Below the pieces are notes generated by a model that worked only from the letters and a program-made list of their open reading frames with translations, ran no database searches and was not told the DNA's origin. From Minisyncoccia bacterium (GTDB taxonomy: Bacteria > Patescibacteriota > Minisyncoccia > Phycocordibacterales > Phycocordibacteraceae), in assembly GCA_038228545.1 (NCBI GenBank), contig JBBRPE010000002.1, positions 22,426 to 86,425 of the forward strand: a DNA stretch of 64,000 nt, in the 5' to 3' direction. The translations under genes were made by a program, and so were the position numbers. Every line of letters begins with the position of its first letter. The first letter of the stretch is position 1. This document shows positions 58,266 through 64,000 of the stretch, piece after piece.

Positions 58266-60089
58266 ATGGCACTACTCGACTTCCTCGGACGAAATAGAAA
58301 AGAGACAGTGGCAATGACTCCTGTGTTGCCAAAAGATATATATGCGCAAGGGGCGCTCCAGCTTACAGATGCGATTGCCCCGGCCGCACTTAAGGTAAGT
58401 GCAAAGGAAATTGAGCTTGGAGAGAAATTTTCTCGCTCGTTCTACACTATTTCTTACCCGCGTTTCCTTACGGACGGTTGGTTCATACAGGTAATTAACC
58501 TCGCGCGTCAGCTTGATATCGCCATATTCATACATCCAGTTGAGACCGGCCTAGCGCTTCGGAACTTCCAGAAAAAAGTCGCAGAGGTGCAAAGTCAGAT
58601 TTCCGACCGTGAACAGAAAGGTCTCGTCCGTGACCCACTTCTCGATACTGCCTACCAAGACCTTGAAACACTTCGCGACCGGTTGCAACAGGCGGAAGAA
58701 AAACTCTTTGATGTCGGACTGTATCTCACACTCTATGGAGACACCAAGGAGGAGCTCGACAAGATAGAAGGAGAGGTACGCGGTCTTCTTGACGCGAAAC
58801 TTGTCTATACAAAGCCTGCACTCTTCCAGCAAGAACAGGGATTCCGCTCTACACTTCCGCTTGCACTCGATGAACTCCAAGTCAATTCCAAACTGAATTC
58901 CTCGCCCCTCTCTTCCATATTCCCATTCGTTTCGTTCGACCTCACAAGCGACCACGGCATTCTTTATGGCATCAACCGCCACAACGCTTCTCTCATCCTC
59001 TTTGACCGTTTCTCGCTTGAGAACTACAACTCGGTTGTGTTTGCGAAGTCGGGCTCCGGTAAGTCATACGCTGTGAAGCTCGAAATCTTGCGTTCGCTTA
59101 TGTTCGACACTGATGTCATTGTTATCGACCCTGAGCAGGAATATGAGTACTTGGCGAACGCTACAGGCGGACGTACTTTTAATATTTCGCTTTCGAGTGA
59201 GCACCATATCAATCCGTTTGATTTACCGCCAGTGAAGGAAGACGAGGAGCCGGGTGATATTCTTCGCTCGAACATCATTAACCTGGTTGGTCTTTTCCGT
59301 ATTATGCTCGGTGGTCTATCCCCGGAAGAGGACGCTATTATCGATCGCGCAATTACGGAAACCTACGCCCTTAAGGACATTACGGGCGATAACGATTTCA
59401 CGGGTGTTGAGCCACCCCTGCTTTCTGATTTTGAGAACGTTCTTTCTGGCATGGAAGGAAGTGAGTCACTTCTCCAGCGACTTTCGAAGTACACACATGG
59501 CACCTGGGCGGGATTCATAAATCGTCCGACTAATATCGACATCAAGAAACAGTTTATTGTCTTCTCGGTCCGTGACATGGAAGATGAACTCAAGCCGGTC
59601 GCCATGTACATCATTACGCATTTTATTTGGAATGCGGTACGTCATGAGCTTAAAAAACGCCTTCTGGTAATCGATGAAGCGTGGTGGATGATGAAGTCGG
59701 AAGATACTGCATCGTTCCTCTTCTCGCTTGCAAAACGCGGACGTAAATACTTCCTTGGCCTTGCGACTATTACTCAGGACGTCGAAGACTTCTTGAAGAG
59801 TCCGTATGGCCGTCCTATTCTTACCAACTCTTCGATTCAGCTTCTCCTCAAGCAATCGCCGACAACGATTGACGTGCTCAAGGAGACCTTCAATCTCACG
59901 GAACAGGAGAAATACTTACTTCTTGAATCAGGGGTGGGGGAGGGACTTTTCTTTGCTGGTCTTAAGCATGTGGCGATTAAAATCGTCTCTTCGTATACGG
60001 AGGACCAAATCATCACGTCTGACCCGTCTCAGTTGCTTTCCATAAAGCAGGAGAAAGACCGTCTCGACAGCCAAGCTGCGGGCGCCTAA
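58266..60089 (+). CDS. VirB4-like conjugal transfer ATPase
   Basis: Walker A AKSGSGKS, IDPEQEY, Walker B VIDEAW, RGRKY, ITQD. Confidence 0.9.
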   Translation: MALLDFLGRNRKETVAMTPVLPKDIYAQGALQLTDAIAPAALKVSAKEIELGEKFSRSFYTISYPRFLTDGWFIQVINLARQLDIAIFIHPVETGLALRNFQKKVAEVQSQISDREQKGLVRDPLLDTAYQDLETLRDRLQQAEEKLFDVGLYLTLYGDTKEELDKIEGEVRGLLDAKLVYTKPALFQQEQGFRSTLPLALDELQVNSKLNSSPLSSIFPFVSFDLTSDHGILYGINRHNASLILFDRFSLENYNSVVFAKSGSGKSYAVKLEILRSLMFDTDVIVIDPEQEYEYLANATGGRTFNISLSSEHHINPFDLPPVKEDEEPGDILRSNIINLVGLFRIMLGGLSPEEDAIIDRAITETYALKDITGDNDFTGVEPPLLSDFENVLSGMEGSESLLQRLSKYTHGTWAGFINRPTNIDIKKQFIVFSVRDMEDELKPVAMYIITHFIWNAVRHELKKRLLVIDEAWWMMKSEDTASFLFSLAKRGRKYFLGLATITQDVEDFLKSPYGRPILTNSSIQLLLKQSPTTIDVLKETFNLTEQEKYLLLESGVGEGLFFAGLKHVAIKIVSSYTEDQIITSDPSQLLSIKQEKDRLDSQAAGA

Positions 60090-60092
60090 CCT

Positions 60093-61199
60093 ATGGCAGA
60101 ACCAGCCCGCCGGCCGGATGGGGAAGAGGGACAGGAGCGGAAACCGCTTAATCTTCGACAGAAGGTGAGTGATGGAGCCGATCTCATTCCTTTCGTAGGA
60201 GGAGTAAAGATGATGGGCGAGTCAGTCGCCGGCAAGGATGTGGCTGGGCGAACTCTTTCTGGAAGAGAGCGTGTGGCACACGGTGCCATGGGGGCGGGTA
60301 GTCTTGCACTCGATTTTACTGGTGTAGGGGAGGTGGAGAAAGCAGGCCTCGCGGCCGAGAAGGCGGCGATTGGCTTTACTGAGAAAGAAGGGGCGGAATC
60401 ACTCGGTAAGGATACTGTCCGTCCTCAGGAGGAAAGTGCTCAACGTCATTTTGTTGAACGAGGAGCATCCGACGCACGTAAGAATATTGAAGTACTACGA
60501 CGTCAACGCGATCGTGTGCCGGGAGAAGGGCAGAGGCGTCGTGAAGTACCAGGCCAGGAGCAACTGCGACCAGGCGATCCTGACGACGAAAAGACGCAAA
60601 AGAAACAGCGTGCTCGAACAAAGGCCAAGGAGGAGCGTGGTCAACGTAGACGAGGAGTCCGTTCGACGAACGATATCCTTGCAAACAAGGGAGATTTGAA
60701 TGATGCCCAGGCAATCGGTATGGTGCGTCAGGCAATACGCTCGACGTTTGAGAATATTGAAACGAGCTTCAGTAAAGCCGGCGAGCACTTTGATACCGAG
60801 GATGTAGAGAAAATAGTGAACGATACGCCACCTCCACCATCATTCCCGTATTTCATGGTAGTGATTGCACTTATTAAGGATTTGATTGACATCCCGGGAG
60901 ACCTTCTTGTTGTTGGTGTTATTTTAACGACTATTTTGGCCATTGTAGCCGATCTTATTATTTTTATGTGGTCGTGGCATAAAATGGGTGGGTGGTGGTG
61001 GAAGAAAATGATTTTCACCTGGTTTTGGAAACGTTTTATATTTGAAGTTATTATTGAAATCATTCCCTTTGCTCAGATTATCCCCGCAACCACAATCCTG
61101 GTACTCATGACCCATTACCGCGAAACAAAAATAGTAAAACTTCTTAACGGAGCTCTGGAAGAGATACACGAGGCAGGAATTCTCAAATATATTACGTAA
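60093..61199 (+). CDS. Pre-toxin-TG-like domain + charged linker + C-terminal TM domain
   Basis: DLIPFVGGVKMMGESVAGKDVAGRTLSGRER. Confidence 0.6.
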   Translation: MAEPARRPDGEEGQERKPLNLRQKVSDGADLIPFVGGVKMMGESVAGKDVAGRTLSGRERVAHGAMGAGSLALDFTGVGEVEKAGLAAEKAAIGFTEKEGAESLGKDTVRPQEESAQRHFVERGASDARKNIEVLRRQRDRVPGEGQRRREVPGQEQLRPGDPDDEKTQKKQRARTKAKEERGQRRRGVRSTNDILANKGDLNDAQAIGMVRQAIRSTFENIETSFSKAGEHFDTEDVEKIVNDTPPPPSFPYFMVVIALIKDLIDIPGDLLVVGVILTTILAIVADLIIFMWSWHKMGGWWWKKMIFTWFWKRFIFEVIIEIIPFAQIIPATTILVLMTHYRETKIVKLLNGALEEIHEAGILKYIT

Positions 61200-61253
61200 T
61201 TTTGTGCCCAGGTATGATGGTTTTGGTAGGTAGGGTGGCGGTATACTACTCAT

Positions 61254-62240
61254 ATGCGAATCTACGGCAAGATGTTCGTGCCGCTCCTTGTGGCTTCTTT
61301 ATTTTTTGTGACATATCCAGCACATGCGCAATTTGATACGGGTCAATCGCTCTCAATTATCGTGTCTCCGCAGAACCCTCGTCCATACGACACAGTGACT
61401 ATCACTCCTGACAGTAACGCTATTGATCTCATTGCGAGTCTGGTGACTGTAAGTGTTAACGGAAAGGTAGTCGAAACAGGTACAGGAGCTCAGAGCATTC
61501 CGGTAACTATTGGAGGACCGGGAGAGACAACTAAAATAAGTGTAACTGCTAAAATAGGGGGTGCCAGCTATACCAGTACTGTTTTGCTTAAGCCGGCAGA
61601 TGTTTCACTTGTGATCGAGCCAGTCTCGATCACCCACCCGTTTTATTTGGGTGGGGGACTCGTCGCACCGTCCGGACGTGTCCGCATTATAGCTCTACCA
61701 GATTTGCGTACGACACCAAATGTACGATTGAATCCGTCCACTCTTATCTACACATGGAAGCTGGGCGATCAGATACTCAAAGGAGATTCCGGAATCGGAC
61801 GTTCAATGCTTGTGGCGACAGCGCCTGTGCGATACCGTGACGCACAAGTTTCTGTGACGGTTACCAATTCGGATTCTACGCTTGTAGCCCAGAGTGCCAC
61901 TACCATTTCACCCGTTGACCCTGTTTCTCGGGTTTACCATAATGACGCACTCATGGGTCCAGATTTTGACCATGCACTTTCAGCTTTTATTATGACGACC
62001 CAAGAAGAGGCGTTCCGGGTCGTTCCGTATTATTTCGCAACCCTGCCGTCGCTCTCGTGGGCAGTAAACGGACAATCAGCAAGTAATGATGCCGATGTAA
62101 CGGTGCGAACTACCGGGTCAGGGAAGGGGACTGCGACCCTTTCGCTCACTGCTATCGACAGTGCGACTCGACAGAGTTCATCTGCAAGCCTGCCGATAAC
62201 ATTCGGGGCACGAAAGTCGGTTAATATATTTGGATTCTAG
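61254..62240 (+). CDS. Secreted Ig-like beta-sandwich protein
   Basis: Signal peptide (AHA|Q); beta-rich with YTWK and LSWAVNG motifs. Confidence 0.7.
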   Translation: MRIYGKMFVPLLVASLFFVTYPAHAQFDTGQSLSIIVSPQNPRPYDTVTITPDSNAIDLIASLVTVSVNGKVVETGTGAQSIPVTIGGPGETTKISVTAKIGGASYTSTVLLKPADVSLVIEPVSITHPFYLGGGLVAPSGRVRIIALPDLRTTPNVRLNPSTLIYTWKLGDQILKGDSGIGRSMLVATAPVRYRDAQVSVTVTNSDSTLVAQSATTISPVDPVSRVYHNDALMGPDFDHALSAFIMTTQEEAFRVVPYYFATLPSLSWAVNGQSASNDADVTVRTTGSGKGTATLSLTAIDSATRQSSSASLPITFGARKSVNIFGF

Positions 62241-62241
62241 T

Positions 62242-63201
62242 ATGCGTACGACTCACTATCTCCTACTCGGTGCGCTCCTGATTCTTCCTGTTGCTGCAGC
62301 GGCACAAGGAAGTGATACAACGGCCTTCGTTCCGCTTTTACCTCAACTTCCAGGGATTTCAACACTTGAGACGAGTACCACACTCGCACCATTTCTAAGT
62401 CAGATATATAAAATATGTATCGGTGCGGCGGCGGTACTAGCAGTGCTCCAACTCATGCGTGCTGGTGTTATGTATATGGGAGGTGACAGTATCACAGAAA
62501 AGAAGGAGGCTCGCGAACTTATAACTCTTTCGATAGTTGGCCTTATTCTTGTGCTCTCACCGGTAATTGTGTTCAGTATCATCAATCCAAAGATTTTGAA
62601 TCTTGATATTAATGCAGCATCGCTCAAGACGGAGATTCAGAATATACAAGCTATTCCAGGACAAACAACCGCTGCTGATGGAAGTGTGTCCCGCTCTGTG
62701 TCTGCTGGGCCGTCAAGTACCTGTACGCAAGCAACTTGTAGTGCAGTAAACGGAGAGTATAGCGAGGCAGTGTGCTATAACGCGTCTTCCGGAAGTGTTA
62801 CTGCATTTAACTCAAAATTTTGTTCGGCAGGTTATAGCCGTGCAAGTAGTTGTAGTGTTGCTGCGTCAGGCTGCACCCCTGCAACCCAACGGGTAAGTGG
62901 CCCCACAAGTAGTGCAACAGCATGTCCCATATACACAGCAGGACAAACAATTAGCGGGAACTGTGTGGATTCATGTAATGCCCAGCCGGGTTTCCAAGCT
63001 CAGATAAGACCAGCGCGTGGACAAGTTTGTAATCTGAAACCTGTGGCTACAACACCTGCAGCGGCCCCAACGGGACCAGCGAGGTATCCTCGTAATGCAA
63101 CTACTAACGTAGCTAATCCATACGACTTAGATCAGTGCCAACTTCAAGGATGTACACTGAACCGGTCTGGTAGGGGTGCTTCATGTACCTGTCCCACATA
63201 G
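62242..63201 (+). CDS. VirB2/TrbC-like pilin with Cys-rich C-terminal extension
   Basis: LAVLQLMRAGVMYM...AREL..SIVGL...IINP pilin core; 14 C-terminal Cys. Confidence 0.75.
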   Translation: MRTTHYLLLGALLILPVAAAAQGSDTTAFVPLLPQLPGISTLETSTTLAPFLSQIYKICIGAAAVLAVLQLMRAGVMYMGGDSITEKKEARELITLSIVGLILVLSPVIVFSIINPKILNLDINAASLKTEIQNIQAIPGQTTAADGSVSRSVSAGPSSTCTQATCSAVNGEYSEAVCYNASSGSVTAFNSKFCSAGYSRASSCSVAASGCTPATQRVSGPTSSATACPIYTAGQTISGNCVDSCNAQPGFQAQIRPARGQVCNLKPVATTPAAAPTGPARYPRNATTNVANPYDLDQCQLQGCTLNRSGRGASCTCPT

Positions 63202-63204
63202 CAT

Positions 63205-64000
63205 ATGCGACGTACCCTTCTGATTACCGCGGCAGTCGTTCTCCTCATCGCACTAGGTGTTGGAGTGTATTTTGTTTTCTTTACCAAGAAAGGAGGGCTT
63301 ACGGTGGGGCAGGGGACAAGCTTCCCGAGTTCAGACACAAATGGTGCAAATAGTGCGGTGGTGAGTGCCTCAACTCAAGAGCTTGGTGTACCGCTTGCAA
63401 ACGCCGGGACGGATATCGCACCAGGCTTGGTACGTATAACCAACACACCAGTTTCACTTGGAAGTGTCGCTACGTATGTTCCTGGACAAGTAGCGGGTAC
63501 AAGCACAGCCACGAGCGCCCCACTTACGTCCTACCAGCCGGATGTACGCGTCGAATATATTGAACGTGAAAGTGGAAACATATATGACTATCAGGCACAC
63601 GCACGCACCCTTACCAGGCTTTCAAACAAGACTCTCCCGGGTGTCGAAGAGGCCACTTGGCTACCGGATGGCTCGCTTGCATATGCGCGTTTCCTCGACA
63701 AAGGAAGCGGGAGCGAGCATATAGGGACCTATGCACTTCCTGCGACAGGCACTGGCGGATACTTTCTCGAGCCGGGCCTCGCCCAGGTAATCGCGCGTGG
63801 CACCAGCACGCTCGTAACGTTACTTTCCACTACAGACGGTTCTTCAGCGACCATATCAACTCCTTCAGGAGCGGGTGTTCGGACCCTCTTCACAACCGCA
63901 TTATCTGCCATTCGTGTCGCTTTTTCAGGAAATAATTATGTCGTAACGACAAAAGGCTCAGCCACGAGTGATGGATATGCTTTTCTTGTTGACGCGAAGA
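63205..64000 (+). CDS. Membrane-anchored beta-rich protein, partial (runs off the window)
   Basis: MRRTLLITAAVVLLIALGVGVYFVFF anchor; frame appears open to the window end. Confidence 0.7.
   Translation, partial: MRRTLLITAAVVLLIALGVGVYFVFFTKKGGLTVGQGTSFPSSDTNGANSAVVSASTQELGVPLANAGTDIAPGLVRITNTPVSLGSVATYVPGQVAGTSTATSAPLTSYQPDVRVEYIERESGNIYDYQAHARTLTRLSNKTLPGVEEATWLPDGSLAYARFLDKGSGSEHIGTYALPATGTGGYFLEPGLAQVIARGTSTLVTLLSTTDGSSATISTPSGAGVRTLFTTALSAIRVAFSGNNYVVTTKGSATSDGYAFLVDAK

Overview
This window looks like chromosomal DNA from a small-genome Patescibacteria/CPR bacterium, probably Parcubacteria. That is inferred from the gene set, the compact 71-72 nt tRNAs, the PrgI/VirB4/pilin T4SS-like locus and the type IV pilus genes; it uses the standard genetic code. 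Most of it is housekeeping (rpmB, rpsO, nusA, ppa, clpP, rny, HU, rarA, recJ, rnhA, pgk, tpiA, CCA enzyme, xth, xer, pcrA, rsmA), plus pilus and competence genes, a flavinylation (ApbE/FMN-binding/RnfD-FNR) module behind an ECF sigma factor, an NfeD-flotillin pair, four tRNAs and the start of a T4SS-like cluster. The most unusual part is a ~2.7 kb RNA-rich island at 29.0-31.8 kb. Back-to-back sigma70 promoters there drive (i) a ~390-nt highly structured, boxA-containing leader followed by six small ORFs punctuated by three copies of a covarying 30-31 nt RNA hairpin, each between a terminator-like stem and the next RBS, one of them inside an ArfA-like ORF, and (ii) a divergent ~250-nt multi-hairpin RNA. 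Other unexplained structure: a family of tRNA-3'-end-flanked palindromic elements with a shared core behind three different tRNAs, six parS-like palindromes near 37-38 kb, a dif-like site upstream of the Xer gene, and a pre-toxin-TG-like domain in the T4SS locus. All calls were made by eye; no database searches or folding programs were run.
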